The notes under the pieces were generated by a model. The model saw only the letters and a list, made by a program, of their open reading frames with translations, was not told the origin of the DNA and searched no databases. A stretch of 64,000 nt of DNA, taken from Minisyncoccota bacterium (lineage in GTDB: Bacteria; Patescibacteriota; Minisyncoccia; Phycocordibacterales; UBA918). The stretch spans positions 9,517 to 73,516 of the forward strand of contig JBDNIW010000014.1 of the NCBI GenBank assembly GCA_041688155.1. Direction: 5' to 3'. Position 1 is the first letter of the stretch. Every line of letters begins with the position of its first letter. The position numbers were made by a program, and so were the translations under genes. This document shows, piece by piece, positions 1-10,246 of this stretch.

Positions 1-201
1 CAAAGGGCTGATGAACTGATGGAGGAGAATTGTGACGGTGGACTTGGTCGTAGCTTCGGCAAAGGTGTTGTCCCCAATTGACAGACGCACCCTATTTGCG
101 GTCGCATCGGTTAGACCTTTGTCTGGGGATGATGTGAGCTCAGCCGCTAACGAGTCGACGCTGTTCGCCCAAGGATTCACGATTGGTTTGTATTGCTTCA
201 T
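1..201 (-). CDS. P-type cation-transporting ATPase, N-terminal fragment (runs off window start)
   Basis: Manual translation from ATG 201: MKQYKPIVNPWANSVDSLAAELTSSPDKGLTDATANRVRLSIGDNTF...ILLHQFISPL, which matches the Cation_ATPase_N pattern (GL..A..R..G.N...QF.SP). Confidence 0.75.
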   Translation of the reverse strand, partial: MKQYKPIVNPWANSVDSLAAELTSSPDKGLTDATANRVRLSIGDNTFAEATTKSTVTILLHQFISPL

Positions 202-275
202 AGGTAAGTATACTGATTGTATCAAACGGCTTGGATATCGCGCCTTGATTATACCTATGATACAATCGTACCCAT

Positions 276-971
276 ATGAAAAACCCATGGCTTATTTTTG
301 GAGGGATTATTGCAGTGCTGTTTATCGGGGCGTTTTATATCGCTGGCACGGCGGGTGACGCTAATAACGAAGGTGTTGAGGAGTTAACACACGTCAAAGG
401 CAACCCTGACGCAGCGGTAACACTGGTTGAGTACAGTGATTTCCAATGTCCAGCTTGTCGGGCGATGTATCCCATGGTCAATGAACTGATGGAGCAGTAC
501 GGTGAATCACTCCGGTTCGAGTACCGCCACTTTCCAATAGAGCGAGCGCACCCGTACGCGGTCCAAGCTGCGATGGCGGTGGAAGCGGCTGGTCAACAAG
601 GGAAGTTTTACGAATTTCACGATCTCGTGTTTGAAAACCAGCAAGTTTGGTCTCAAAGTCCAACGCCAAACGTACTGTTTGCGCAATATGCACAAGAGTT
701 AGAACTCGATATGGATATGTATCGTCGACACGCTAACGCAAGCCTGCTACGAGAAAAAGTCCGTGCGCAGCAACAGGAGGGACTAGAGATGGGTGTCACC
801 GGCACACCGACAATGTTCCTCAACGGTGAGCGAATGCAGTATGGTACCTATGAAGAATTTATCACTCAGATTGCGACCGCAATCGATCCCACAGCAGCCG
901 CAACCGTTCAGGCTGAGGATACAGCCGTGGTCGGCGAAACCGCTGGTGAACCAGTGCGGTTTGGGCTCTAA
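276..971 (+). CDS. DsbA-family thioredoxin-fold oxidoreductase
   Basis: N-terminal TM helix, EYSDFQCPAC (CxxC), GVTGTPT cis-Pro motif. Confidence 0.9.
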   Translation: MKNPWLIFGGIIAVLFIGAFYIAGTAGDANNEGVEELTHVKGNPDAAVTLVEYSDFQCPACRAMYPMVNELMEQYGESLRFEYRHFPIERAHPYAVQAAMAVEAAGQQGKFYEFHDLVFENQQVWSQSPTPNVLFAQYAQELELDMDMYRRHANASLLREKVRAQQQEGLEMGVTGTPTMFLNGERMQYGTYEEFITQIATAIDPTAAATVQAEDTAVVGETAGEPVRFGL

Positions 972-1058
972 TGCTCAATTCTCTGCTACCAGTGGCTGGG
1001 TCACAAAAAGGTTGTCCGGTAGGTCGTATTAGTAATTTGGCAGTCTAAGTCGTCGAGT

Positions 1059-2333
1059 ATGGGAACAGCGGTTGATGTAGAGTGGTTCAAACAAATACAG
1101 CAAGTGTGCGCCGCGACAGAAGAGGTTGAGTGGCTGCAAAAAAACATGCAGATTATTGAGGAAGAGCGTGAGCAGTTTCTGGCTAACGAAATCGAAAACC
1201 CACAATTTACCTATAAACCCCCCACCCAAGCGACGGCGCTGATTGCTCAGGTGGAAGCGTTGGCTGCCACCATTGCCACCACCGAAACTAACCCCGTAGT
1301 AGCTGACCTGTACAAACACAAAATTGCAAACCAGATCACCCGGATTGGTCTGGCAGTCGCCTCTGGCGCTGGTAACGACAAAGACTTCTATACCCTGAGT
1401 TGTGTGCTCTACGGGAAACCGCGCAAAAAATATTTTGCCTATATCGCCAAGCAAGTGGTGGAGCAGTACAAGCAAGTCAACCAAGCTGGCGGCAGTGTTG
1501 GCAAACCACTCTATAAAATAGTATCCAAAATCGACACGACCAAAGTCGATATCAGTGCTGGCATTTTGCCTCCGCCGGTTGCAGAAGTGGAGCTGGTCGA
1601 GTCGGTCGCGCAAGCGGTGGCTATTTTTGAGCACGCTTTGCATAAACTAGAAATCACCGGTTGGCAAGTAGTGGTCGAGGAGCAGAGCAATCGGTCGCGG
1701 TTTTCGGTTAGTGCGCATAACAAGCGGGTATTTGTACCAAACCAAACCCAGCTGGATCGCCGCGGTAAAAAAATGACTACAGTTCAGCTTGAGGGTATTG
1801 TTGAGCATGAGATCGGCGTGCACGCCAACCGCGCTAATGCTGGCAGCAACAGCCAGCTACAGTTGTTGGGTATCGGTCTTGATTCTTACCTCAGAGGGGA
1901 GGAGGGTTTGGCAAGCTACGTCCAGCAGCAGGTGGAAGGCGCCCAAGAGTTCTACGGGTTTGATCGATACTTGGCCGCGTCGCTCGCTGTGGGGATGGAC
2001 GGGAGTAAGCGGGACTTCCGCGGGGTGTTTGAGTTGATGGTGGCGTACTATCAGTTGCAGTTTGCGTCTACTGGCCAAAAACCGTCATATAATAGAATTC
2101 AAAATGCGGCTTGGGAAGTGTGTCTGCGGGTATTTCGCGGTACTACTGGACAAACGCCAGGATGTGTCTACACTAAAGACATCGTCTATCTAGAAGGTAA
2201 CATCGGTATCTGGCATTTCTTGTCGGATAAGCCGCACACGTTCCCAGCTTTTTTTGTTGGTAAATACAACCCGTTATTACCAAGACACGTCAAGGCGCTG
2301 CAGACATTGGGGATTATTACACAAGACTGGTAA
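1059..2333 (+). CDS. DUF1704 / MATCAP-like zinc metallopeptidase (QEGLA-motif family)
   Basis: HEIGVH (HExxxH), EEGLA, and C-terminal RVFRG...YTKDIVYLEG motifs. Confidence 0.8.
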   Translation: MGTAVDVEWFKQIQQVCAATEEVEWLQKNMQIIEEEREQFLANEIENPQFTYKPPTQATALIAQVEALAATIATTETNPVVADLYKHKIANQITRIGLAVASGAGNDKDFYTLSCVLYGKPRKKYFAYIAKQVVEQYKQVNQAGGSVGKPLYKIVSKIDTTKVDISAGILPPPVAEVELVESVAQAVAIFEHALHKLEITGWQVVVEEQSNRSRFSVSAHNKRVFVPNQTQLDRRGKKMTTVQLEGIVEHEIGVHANRANAGSNSQLQLLGIGLDSYLRGEEGLASYVQQQVEGAQEFYGFDRYLAASLAVGMDGSKRDFRGVFELMVAYYQLQFASTGQKPSYNRIQNAAWEVCLRVFRGTTGQTPGCVYTKDIVYLEGNIGIWHFLSDKPHTFPAFFVGKYNPLLPRHVKALQTLGIITQDW

Positions 2334-2335
2334 CT

Positions 2336-3271
2336 ATGGACAATATGTATAAAACTATGTTGATGGGAGTGGGACTACTGATAATGGGGCCGACGCTCAT
2401 GCACGCACAGTATGACTTTGCGAGTGATCAACCTGCTGCTACTGAGTCGACCTCCAGTATCACAGCTGCGACCACGACTGTCGCTTCAACCACGCTGTTA
2501 AACCTGATCGGTCAAAGTGTAAACGCCAACCAGCAAAACAACCTCACTCAAGCCGAAGAGCTACCCGAAAAAGTCGCGATTATTTCGCTGTTTGATACGC
2601 GCTTAGTGACGGAACCGTCGGGACTCAATATATTTGCCTACTGGGTCCAGGAAGCGGTGCGGATGGGGATTCCGGCTAACACGATATTTCTGATTCTGTT
2701 GACGCCATTTCTAGCACTGCTGGTCAGCTTTACGCGGGTAGTGATTGGGTTGCCAACACTTGATATGCTGGTGCCAATTGCGTTGGCATTTGCGCTCGTG
2801 GCGGTTGGTATCACCATTGGGCTGTTTGTCTTGCTGGCGATTATTTTGGCGTCGTTTATCGCCAAACGCAGTCTGTCCAGCCTCAAAATCATGTTTTATC
2901 CCAAGCGGTCGTTCTCGATGTTGTTCTTGGCGATTGCGGTGTTTGCCGCTTTAACGTTTGGTGCCATTTTAGATTTAGACCGGATTTTGACGGTGTCGAT
3001 TTTCCCGATTTTGATTTTGATGTTACTGGGCGACTTGATTGTGTCGGTGCAGCTGCACAAAAGCGCCCAAGAGACATTTCTCATCACGGGTACGACGGTG
3101 TTGCTGGGGATTATTGGCTACTTTGCGGCTACCAGTCAATTGATTCAGAATACCCTAATTCTGTACCCAGAAATCCTGCTGTTGGTGATCCCGCTCAACA
3201 TACTAGTGGGTCGGTACTTTGGACTACGGGTGCTAGAGCTGTTTCGATTCAATAACGTGTCGACTGATTAG
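2336..3271 (+). CDS. 7TM_transglut-family membrane protein with N-terminal signal peptide and S/T-rich linker
   Basis: About 7 hydrophobic helices; R.VIGL.T...PI and SIFPILI...YPE...GRYFGLR.LELFRF motifs; adjacent to ATP-grasp gene. Confidence 0.75.
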   Translation: MDNMYKTMLMGVGLLIMGPTLMHAQYDFASDQPAATESTSSITAATTTVASTTLLNLIGQSVNANQQNNLTQAEELPEKVAIISLFDTRLVTEPSGLNIFAYWVQEAVRMGIPANTIFLILLTPFLALLVSFTRVVIGLPTLDMLVPIALAFALVAVGITIGLFVLLAIILASFIAKRSLSSLKIMFYPKRSFSMLFLAIAVFAALTFGAILDLDRILTVSIFPILILMLLGDLIVSVQLHKSAQETFLITGTTVLLGIIGYFAATSQLIQNTLILYPEILLLVIPLNILVGRYFGLRVLELFRFNNVSTD

Positions 3272-3273
3272 GT

Positions 3274-4563
3274 ATGGCCATCAGTCAAGCATTGCTCGGG
3301 ATGAACGCCCGCAACTACCTCTATATCAGACAGCTCAACCGGCGCAACCATAAACTGGTGGCTGATGATAAACTACTCACCAAACAGATTTTGCTCAAAA
3401 ACGGCGTCGCCACTGACCCGATTTTAGCGCATTTCAAAACCCTGCAAGACGTGCGGACATTTGACTGGACCAGCTTGCCGACTGACTTTGTACTCAAACC
3501 ATCCCACGGGTACGGTGGGCGCGGGATAACCATCATTCGGGATTGGAACGGTGTGTCAGGGACTATCAGCAATGGCCAAACGGTGACTGAGATAGACGTC
3601 GAACGGATGGTGTTTGGTGCGCTTGATGGGGAACATTCACTCAACAATTTACCAGACACGGTGTTTATCGAAAACCGAATCATTCCGCACGCTTTTTTCA
3701 AAAAATACGTTCAGTCTGGCGTACCCGACATCCGGGTGATTGTCTGCAACAAAGTGCCAGTGATGGCGATGATGCGCTTACCAACTGTGTACTCCGACGG
3801 AAAGGCTAATTTGCACCTAGGCGCACTTGGGATCGGGATTGATATGCGCACGGGGATTACGACGTTTGGTACGTTGCACAACAAACTAGTGGACTACATT
3901 CCCAAAACTAAAATCAAAGTCCGGGGGCTCAAAATCCCCGACTGGGAGACTATCCTTGAGACGTCAGTGGCGGCACAGGTGAGTTCCAAGTTAGGGTTTG
4001 CGGGGATTGACATCGTGCTTGATAACGCGCGCGGCCCGTTGGTGCTAGAGATCAACGCCCGCCCAGGACTGAGTATTCAGATTGCTAATCAAGCCTCGCT
4101 GCGGACGAGACTCGAACGTATCGCTGACCTCAAAGTGCCGTCGGTCGAGCGTGGCGTTGAACTGGCCAAACAGCTGTTCGCTGAGCAGCAGCTCGAGGAC
4201 GTCAAGTCAGAAGACCGGGTGTTGGGGGTGATTGAAAAAATCGTCATCTATGGCAGCAAAAAGAAAAAAACCGTCCGGGCCAAAGTCGATACCGGCGCAT
4301 ATCGTACGTCAATTGATAGTGATTTGGTTGAAGAGTTGGGGCTCGATGCGCGCAACAAGTTCGTTCGCGTACGCTCAGGCAGCGGTCGCCAAAAGCGGCG
4401 TACAGTCGCGGTACGATTCAAAATGAAAGGCAAGGAGATTGATTCGATAGCCACGTACACCCCCCGCGACCACCTGCGCTTCCCAGTGATTATCGGACGG
4501 CGTGACATGAAAGGGTTCGTGGTTGACCCCAATGATATCCCCGCCGGCGTCACGGTGAGATAA
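3274..4563 (+). CDS. Alpha-L-glutamate-ligase-like ATP-grasp protein fused to C-terminal retropepsin-like (RimB-type) protease
   Basis: LGMNARN, DDKL.TK, KPSHGYGGRGI, DIRV, ANLHLG, LEINARPG; C-terminal AKVDTGAYRTSID...IIGR. Confidence 0.85.
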   Translation: MAISQALLGMNARNYLYIRQLNRRNHKLVADDKLLTKQILLKNGVATDPILAHFKTLQDVRTFDWTSLPTDFVLKPSHGYGGRGITIIRDWNGVSGTISNGQTVTEIDVERMVFGALDGEHSLNNLPDTVFIENRIIPHAFFKKYVQSGVPDIRVIVCNKVPVMAMMRLPTVYSDGKANLHLGALGIGIDMRTGITTFGTLHNKLVDYIPKTKIKVRGLKIPDWETILETSVAAQVSSKLGFAGIDIVLDNARGPLVLEINARPGLSIQIANQASLRTRLERIADLKVPSVERGVELAKQLFAEQQLEDVKSEDRVLGVIEKIVIYGSKKKKTVRAKVDTGAYRTSIDSDLVEELGLDARNKFVRVRSGSGRQKRRTVAVRFKMKGKEIDSIATYTPRDHLRFPVIIGRRDMKGFVVDPNDIPAGVTVR

Positions 4564-4583
4564 ACCCGTGTTACTATTGTGGT

Positions 4584-5330
4584 ATGTTTCGGACGCGCGA
4601 TTTTGTACTGCTGTTTTCTGCCATCATGTTTTTGGTTTTGGCTATTGGGACGACGCTGCTGACGCAGGGTCGGTCCGCTAGTACGATTGCGGTCCCGTTT
4701 GAGCCAGGGGTAGAGTCTGATGTCAGGTACGTTGCAACTATTGCGCCGTCAGATCAGCTCAATCGGGCAGAGCGGGTAGCGGATATGCGCGCCAAAATCT
4801 CGCAAGAGGCGTTTGTCTATGAACCAGCACCTGAGGTCATCGTAGCTACCAACCCGGCCACTAGTACTGAAGAATCTACAGACGTGGTTACAACTGGCGC
4901 GGTGGAGTGTGCAACCTACCAACCATATCTCGGGTTCTGGGACGCCCGCGGGTTGACCCTCACCCTGGCTGCAGGCACCAGGATGCTGACTCGAGCTACC
5001 GCTGCTACCTCTTCCAGTCTAGAGGTGATACTACAATTGCCAATTGGGTCACAACCAAGTGGTAACCCAACTTGTCTCCAGTCTGATGTTATCGGGATTG
5101 CCAACGATGGATCGTTGATCCGTAACGACGAAGTCGCTTTGTATAGTATTTTTGGAGCCGAAACAGTTATCGGCTACGCATTGGATGGATTTCCAATCTA
5201 TGGTGCCGGTGCCGGTGTAGCGGATGCTTGTAGCGGTCGGTTAGTAGCTGGGCAGTTTCGGTATGAAATACAGCGAGGTGGTGTGACCATTATTAACTGT
5301 TTTGCGGCTACGCCGGTAACTCTCCCGTAG
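4584..5330 (+). CDS. Membrane-anchored protein with degenerate YHYH-like domain
   Basis: N-terminal TM; IGIANDG and IGYALDGFPIYG motifs; FRYE where YHYH is expected. Confidence 0.55.
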   Translation: MFRTRDFVLLFSAIMFLVLAIGTTLLTQGRSASTIAVPFEPGVESDVRYVATIAPSDQLNRAERVADMRAKISQEAFVYEPAPEVIVATNPATSTEESTDVVTTGAVECATYQPYLGFWDARGLTLTLAAGTRMLTRATAATSSSLEVILQLPIGSQPSGNPTCLQSDVIGIANDGSLIRNDEVALYSIFGAETVIGYALDGFPIYGAGAGVADACSGRLVAGQFRYEIQRGGVTIINCFAATPVTLP

Positions 5331-5331
5331 T

Positions 5332-6060
5332 ATGGCGACGCTAGTGTTTGATATCGAAACCGTGGGTCAAGATTGGGATACTATCCCCGAATCAACCCAG
5401 TACGCGCTGACCAAATGGATTGGTCAGCAACCAGTGAGCGATGAAGAGAAAGATCGGCAAAGTGAAGCGGTCAAAGAAAAACTTGGTTTGTCACCCTTTA
5501 CCGCCGAAGTCATCTCGCTGGCGATGTACGACCTGGAACGCCAGCAAGGCGCCGTGTATTTTGTGGCTGATGATTCGGTGAGAGATTACGGTGTCGGTGA
5601 CTGGAAATACAAAGTGCGCACCGAGCAACAGTTACTCGAAGATTTCTGGGAGACCGCCCGCAGCTACGACGTGTTTGTCACGTTCAACGGCCGTTCGTTT
5701 GATATACCATTCCTTCTGCACCGTTCATTGATACAAGGAGTGCGTCCGACCAAAGAGTTGACTGGACAACGGTACCTCAATCGGCAAAGTCCGCCGTACC
5801 ACATCGATTTGCTTGATGAGCTATCATTTTACGGTGCGATGCAACGCCGCCCGTCGTTACAGCTGTTGTGCGATGCCTACAACATCCCCTACGAAAAAGC
5901 GGGTATGGGAGGTGAGGACATCACCGAGTATTACATGAATAAAAAATATCGTGATATCGCCGAGAAAAACGCCGCTGATGTAGTCGCGACGACAGCCTTG
6001 TTTCAAAAATGGAAAACCAACCTAGCTCCTGCAAGTTTTATCAATGCAGTGGAATTTTAG
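5332..6060 (+). CDS. PolB-like 3'-5' exonuclease (RNase H-like, DEDD)
   Basis: VFDIET, TFNGRSFDIPFL, HIDL, DVVAT. Confidence 0.85.
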   Translation: MATLVFDIETVGQDWDTIPESTQYALTKWIGQQPVSDEEKDRQSEAVKEKLGLSPFTAEVISLAMYDLERQQGAVYFVADDSVRDYGVGDWKYKVRTEQQLLEDFWETARSYDVFVTFNGRSFDIPFLLHRSLIQGVRPTKELTGQRYLNRQSPPYHIDLLDELSFYGAMQRRPSLQLLCDAYNIPYEKAGMGGEDITEYYMNKKYRDIAEKNAADVVATTALFQKWKTNLAPASFINAVEF

Positions 6061-6123
6061 CGAAGGCGCTAATTTGTCCCACACTTGAGGTAGGACAAAT
6101 TAGTAGTTTGCTATAATTTCAAT

Positions 6124-6756
6124 ATGAAAAATATTCTCGCCTTACTCGCTGACTGGGCTAATGGCTTGTTTGCTGTCCTGATTGCGTCGTGGTGGTTTGG
6201 GGTTGAGCCACTCTGGTGGCACTTTGCTATTGGGCTAGTGTTATCACATGCACCAGATCTAGATGCAATCCCAGAGCTACTCAGGCGCGGCCGCGTAGCT
6301 GCTAGTGCTGAGCACCCACATGATCACCGCGAGGCACTACACTATCCAATCATCTTGATTACGCTGGCTGTGCTAGTCGCGTACTTTATTCCGTACTGGG
6401 GAACAATTTTCTTGGTAGCGGTCGCACTACATCTCATAAATGATTTATATGGAACTGGCTGGGGAATTAAATTATTTTGGCCACTGTCAAAAAAGAACTA
6501 CAAACTGCTTGGTCGACGGGTTAATCGTCTAGAGTACATACTTAAATCTGATGGAGATTGGGAGCAACAACCTGAATCAGAGCGAAAGCTTCGTTGGTTG
6601 GTATCTTGGTCGCCAGAAGAATTACCTGGCTACATGACGCGGTGGGGAATTGACGACTGGATTCCCAAATACTACGGCACTTTGAACCGTATTTCGGCAG
6701 TTGAATACTCATTATTTCTACTAGCGATTATTTTGACTGGGCTGGCTCTGGTATAG
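6124..6756 (+). CDS. Membrane-bound metal-dependent hydrolase (YdjM-like)
   Basis: PDLD, HRE.LH, HL.ND, G.LFWP motifs with TM helices. Confidence 0.75.
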   Translation: MKNILALLADWANGLFAVLIASWWFGVEPLWWHFAIGLVLSHAPDLDAIPELLRRGRVAASAEHPHDHREALHYPIILITLAVLVAYFIPYWGTIFLVAVALHLINDLYGTGWGIKLFWPLSKKNYKLLGRRVNRLEYILKSDGDWEQQPESERKLRWLVSWSPEELPGYMTRWGIDDWIPKYYGTLNRISAVEYSLFLLAIILTGLALV

Positions 6757-6765
6757 TAGGGTCAT

Positions 6766-7992
6766 ATGCAACGAGATTTTCCGGAGGGATTTTACTGGGG
6801 GGCGGCAACCGCTTCGTATCAGGTTGAGGGTGGGATTGATGACTGCGACTGGGCTGAAGGCGCCCGCGAGGGTAGGGTGCCGGTATGTGGGCGAGCGTGT
6901 GACCACTATAACCGGTACGAGGCGGATTTTGATTTAGCGGTAGAACTTGGGCACACCGCCCACCGGTTCTCGATTGAGTGGGCACGGATTGAACCGGAGG
7001 AAGGCGTGTTTGATCGTGAAGAAATTGAGCACTATCGTCAGGTGTTACAAGCGCTGAAAAGTCGTAACATCAAGCCGTTTGTGACGCTCTGGCACTTCAC
7101 CCAGCCACTGTGGTTCTCGCAATCAGGTGGATTTGAGCGAGTGGATTCACCGGAGGTGTTTGCCCGCTACGCCCAGTTTGTGGTAGAGCAGCTTGGTGAT
7201 TTATGTGACCATTTCTCGACTATGAACGAGCCAAATGTGTTTGGCAGTAACGGCTGGCTGCGTGGAAATTGGCCACCGTTTAAACGGTTTGCGTTGACTG
7301 ATTTAGTATCAATAACTAACTCAGGCAATAATTTTGAAGATAGGGCGCAAAAGGGATTTAAAAACCTGTTTCTATATCGTCGAGTGATGAAACACCTGGC
7401 CCAGTCACACAATGCAGCGTACCGAGCCATTAAGAAAGTTTCTCCTCAGACTGAGGTGAGTGTGGTTAAACACGTAATTGTGTTTGCTACCAACAAGAAT
7501 CCGGTTAACGCTATCAAAGCCGCTGTAGCCAATTATGCCTGGACACGAGTGTTTATGAATCGAACGCACAAATATTGCGACTCGATTGGTCTCAACTACT
7601 ATTTTTATACGCAGTTTGGTGACAAGCGTGACTGGAGAAAGACTGACATGGATTGGAACTTTGCCCCAGATCACATCTATGAGGCGCTGATGATGTTAGC
7701 CCGGTATAACAAGCCGTTGTTTGTATCAGAAGCTGGTATTGCAGACCACGACGACTCTGATCGAGCAGAATACATTACCAAACAAGTTGCAGGGGTTCGC
7801 CGTGCAATTGCTGATGGGGCTGACGTTCGTGGGCACCTCTATTGGTCACTGATGGACAATTACGAGTGGGCGCTTGGGTTTGAAAAGCAGTTTGGTCTAA
7901 TTCACATCAATTACGACACCCTTGAACGGGAAATCCGGCCCAGTGCGTGGGTGTATAAAGACCTGATTGAGCGGTACAGCAAGGTAGAATAA
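6766..7992 (+). CDS. Glycoside hydrolase family 1
   Basis: FPEGFYWGAATASYQVEG, RFSIEWARI, TMNEP acid/base, SEAG nucleophile, DNYEW. Confidence 0.95.
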   Translation: MQRDFPEGFYWGAATASYQVEGGIDDCDWAEGAREGRVPVCGRACDHYNRYEADFDLAVELGHTAHRFSIEWARIEPEEGVFDREEIEHYRQVLQALKSRNIKPFVTLWHFTQPLWFSQSGGFERVDSPEVFARYAQFVVEQLGDLCDHFSTMNEPNVFGSNGWLRGNWPPFKRFALTDLVSITNSGNNFEDRAQKGFKNLFLYRRVMKHLAQSHNAAYRAIKKVSPQTEVSVVKHVIVFATNKNPVNAIKAAVANYAWTRVFMNRTHKYCDSIGLNYYFYTQFGDKRDWRKTDMDWNFAPDHIYEALMMLARYNKPLFVSEAGIADHDDSDRAEYITKQVAGVRRAIADGADVRGHLYWSLMDNYEWALGFEKQFGLIHINYDTLEREIRPSAWVYKDLIERYSKVE

Positions 7993-7998
7993 AGCGTA

Positions 7999-8931
7999 AT
8001 GGGCTGGATACTACTTGCGTCGGCCGGACAGGTTTTGAACGCCATCGTCGCGATTCTCGACAAATACATCGTTTCGGATGATAACGCGTTGCCGCGGCCG
8101 TTTGTGTACGCGTTTTATTCTTGTTTGCTGACTGGTGGGTGGGCGTTTGTTTATTTGATTGGCGTGGTACCTGGTTTGCATGAGTTGGGGGCACCGTCGT
8201 ATAAAGAAATCCTAGCACCGACGTTGAACGTGGTGGCGCTGGCGTTCCTCGCGGCCTACACGTTTTTTATGGCGCTGGTGTCGATGTACATAGCCCTTAA
8301 GCAAGCTGACGCTAGCAATGTGATGCCCATCATTGGGTCAGTCTCAGCGCTGTCAGCCTTTGGGATGAGTTACTTATTTCTAGACGCGGCCTTGTCGAGT
8401 AACTTTATCTGGGGGATCATCATTCTCGCTGCTGGGACACTGCTCGTCGCACAGACGCTCCCCAAAGTAGGTGTCATCATGCACGTGGCGCACTCGGGGT
8501 TATTTTTCGGGTTGCATGCAATCACGATGAAAGGTTTATTTTTGGAAACTAGTTTCGACGATGGGTTTTTTTGGTCACGGGTCGGATTCGTGTTGTTTGC
8601 ACTATCACTCCTGCTCGTACCAACCTACTACCACAAAATCACCGAGCAAACCAAGGGCACCACCAAAAAAACTGGAGTGATTGTACTACTGACCAAAGTG
8701 TTGGCTGGGGTAGCAGCATTTATGCTACTCAAAGCCACTGACCTCGGTGAAGTGTCAGTCGTGCAAGCGCTCGATGGGCTTAAATTTGTGTTTATTTTGG
8801 TGATAAGTATTGTGTTTGCACACTACTTGCCTAATAGCGCAACTGACCGCGACACCAGACCAGGGACGGTGTTTCGCAAACTACTGTTTGTGATTGTGAT
8901 CATGGTTGGGTTTGTGATGTTGCTTGCATGA
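7999..8931 (+). CDS. EamA/DMT-family transporter
   Basis: About 10 TM helices in two repeats. Confidence 0.7.
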   Translation: MGWILLASAGQVLNAIVAILDKYIVSDDNALPRPFVYAFYSCLLTGGWAFVYLIGVVPGLHELGAPSYKEILAPTLNVVALAFLAAYTFFMALVSMYIALKQADASNVMPIIGSVSALSAFGMSYLFLDAALSSNFIWGIIILAAGTLLVAQTLPKVGVIMHVAHSGLFFGLHAITMKGLFLETSFDDGFFWSRVGFVLFALSLLLVPTYYHKITEQTKGTTKKTGVIVLLTKVLAGVAAFMLLKATDLGEVSVVQALDGLKFVFILVISIVFAHYLPNSATDRDTRPGTVFRKLLFVIVIMVGFVMLLA

Positions 8932-8944
8932 TAATATATATATT

Positions 8945-9982
8945 ATGTGGAAGAAACTACTGATTGGATTATTGATTATCATACTACTCTTGGGGTTTGC
9001 CGTATTACTGCTGGCTCAGAAAGAAAAACCAGCAGAAATAATCTACGGCATGTCGTTCAACACACCGTATGCCCGGGAGTTAGGGTTAGAGTGGAATGAG
9101 ACGTATGACGCCATCCTTGATGATTTGGGTGTGCGCCATCTGCGTTTGGCGGCGCACTGGCCAATGGTGGAACCAATCCCAAACGTCTATAATTTTGAGG
9201 AATTAGACTACCAGATAAAGCGGGCCGAGGAGGTGGGTGCTGAAGTGATATTTGCCGTCGGCCGCCGACTGCCTCGTTGGCCAGAGTGTCATACCCCTGA
9301 CTGGGCGAACAGCTTGACGCTGGCAGAGCGCAACGCCGCCCAAATTCGTTCGATGGAAGTAATTGTCAATCGCTACAAAGACAGTCCGGCTATCACAACC
9401 TGGCAGGTAGAAAATGAGCCGTTTTTGGCAGTGTTCGCATTTGAACATTGCGGGCAACTTGATGTGTCGTTCTTGGACCAGAAAATCGCCAAGCTGCGAG
9501 AACTTGATCCCACTCGACCAATTCTGGTTACTGATAGTGGGAACTTGGGATTATGGTACCAGGCTTACACCCGGGGAGATCAGTTTGGTACCAGTGTGTA
9601 TGTGCATTTTTGGAACCCGGAGCTGGGACAGTTCCGGACCTGGCTACCGCCCTGGTTCTACCGCGCCAAAGACAACTTGATGGGGGTGCTGTTCGGCGAG
9701 AAGGAAACCATCTTGGTCGAACTGTCGGCTGAGCCGTGGTTACTGGAACCGATTGTTGACGTGCCACTTGATGTCCAGTTTACTCGGATGAATCTACAGA
9801 AATTAGAAGATATCTTGACCTACGCCGAAGGTACCTATTATGAGCGGCAATATCTCTGGGGGGCTGAGTGGTGGTACTGGTTATATCTCCAAGACCGACC
9901 AGAGATGTGGGAGCGCGGCAAGAAACTATTCCCGGCTGCGACCACAACCAGCCTGGTCGCTAGTGAGCAGTTGGTACAATAG
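8945..9982 (+). CDS. Membrane-anchored clan GH-A glycoside hydrolase (GH5/GH42-like)
   Basis: N-terminal TM, W..VEP...YNF..LD, WQVENEP, ELSAEPW, LWGAEWW. Confidence 0.75.
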   Translation: MWKKLLIGLLIIILLLGFAVLLLAQKEKPAEIIYGMSFNTPYARELGLEWNETYDAILDDLGVRHLRLAAHWPMVEPIPNVYNFEELDYQIKRAEEVGAEVIFAVGRRLPRWPECHTPDWANSLTLAERNAAQIRSMEVIVNRYKDSPAITTWQVENEPFLAVFAFEHCGQLDVSFLDQKIAKLRELDPTRPILVTDSGNLGLWYQAYTRGDQFGTSVYVHFWNPELGQFRTWLPPWFYRAKDNLMGVLFGEKETILVELSAEPWLLEPIVDVPLDVQFTRMNLQKLEDILTYAEGTYYERQYLWGAEWWYWLYLQDRPEMWERGKKLFPAATTTSLVASEQLVQ

Positions 9983-10014
9983 CTCTGGCGATATTATTGA
10001 AGTAGTAATGAATT

Positions 10015-10191
10015 ATGAAAGACTTCTTCCGGTTTGCGTTTAGTTTCCTGTACACCCGTAATTGGCACACCGGTCAACAAGCACTATCTAACTCAAGGTT
10101 AGTTATTCTTGCTTGCACAGTCAGTTTTGTGGTGATTGCCATGGTACTGATTGGATTTTTGCAGGCGCCGATTGAGGTGACGGCCATCTAA
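10015..10191 (+). CDS. Small membrane protein, 58 aa (not in ORF track)
   Basis: Manual translation MKDFFRFAFSFLYTRNWHTGQQALSNSRLVILACTVSFVVIAMVLIGFLQAPIEVTAI*; one TM; fills the gap between genes. Confidence 0.6.
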   Translation: MKDFFRFAFSFLYTRNWHTGQQALSNSRLVILACTVSFVVIAMVLIGFLQAPIEVTAI

Positions 10192-10246
10192 AACTAGGGG
10201 TTCTATGCTAGTATATGACTATATTTAACCGTTAATCCGACTGTGT

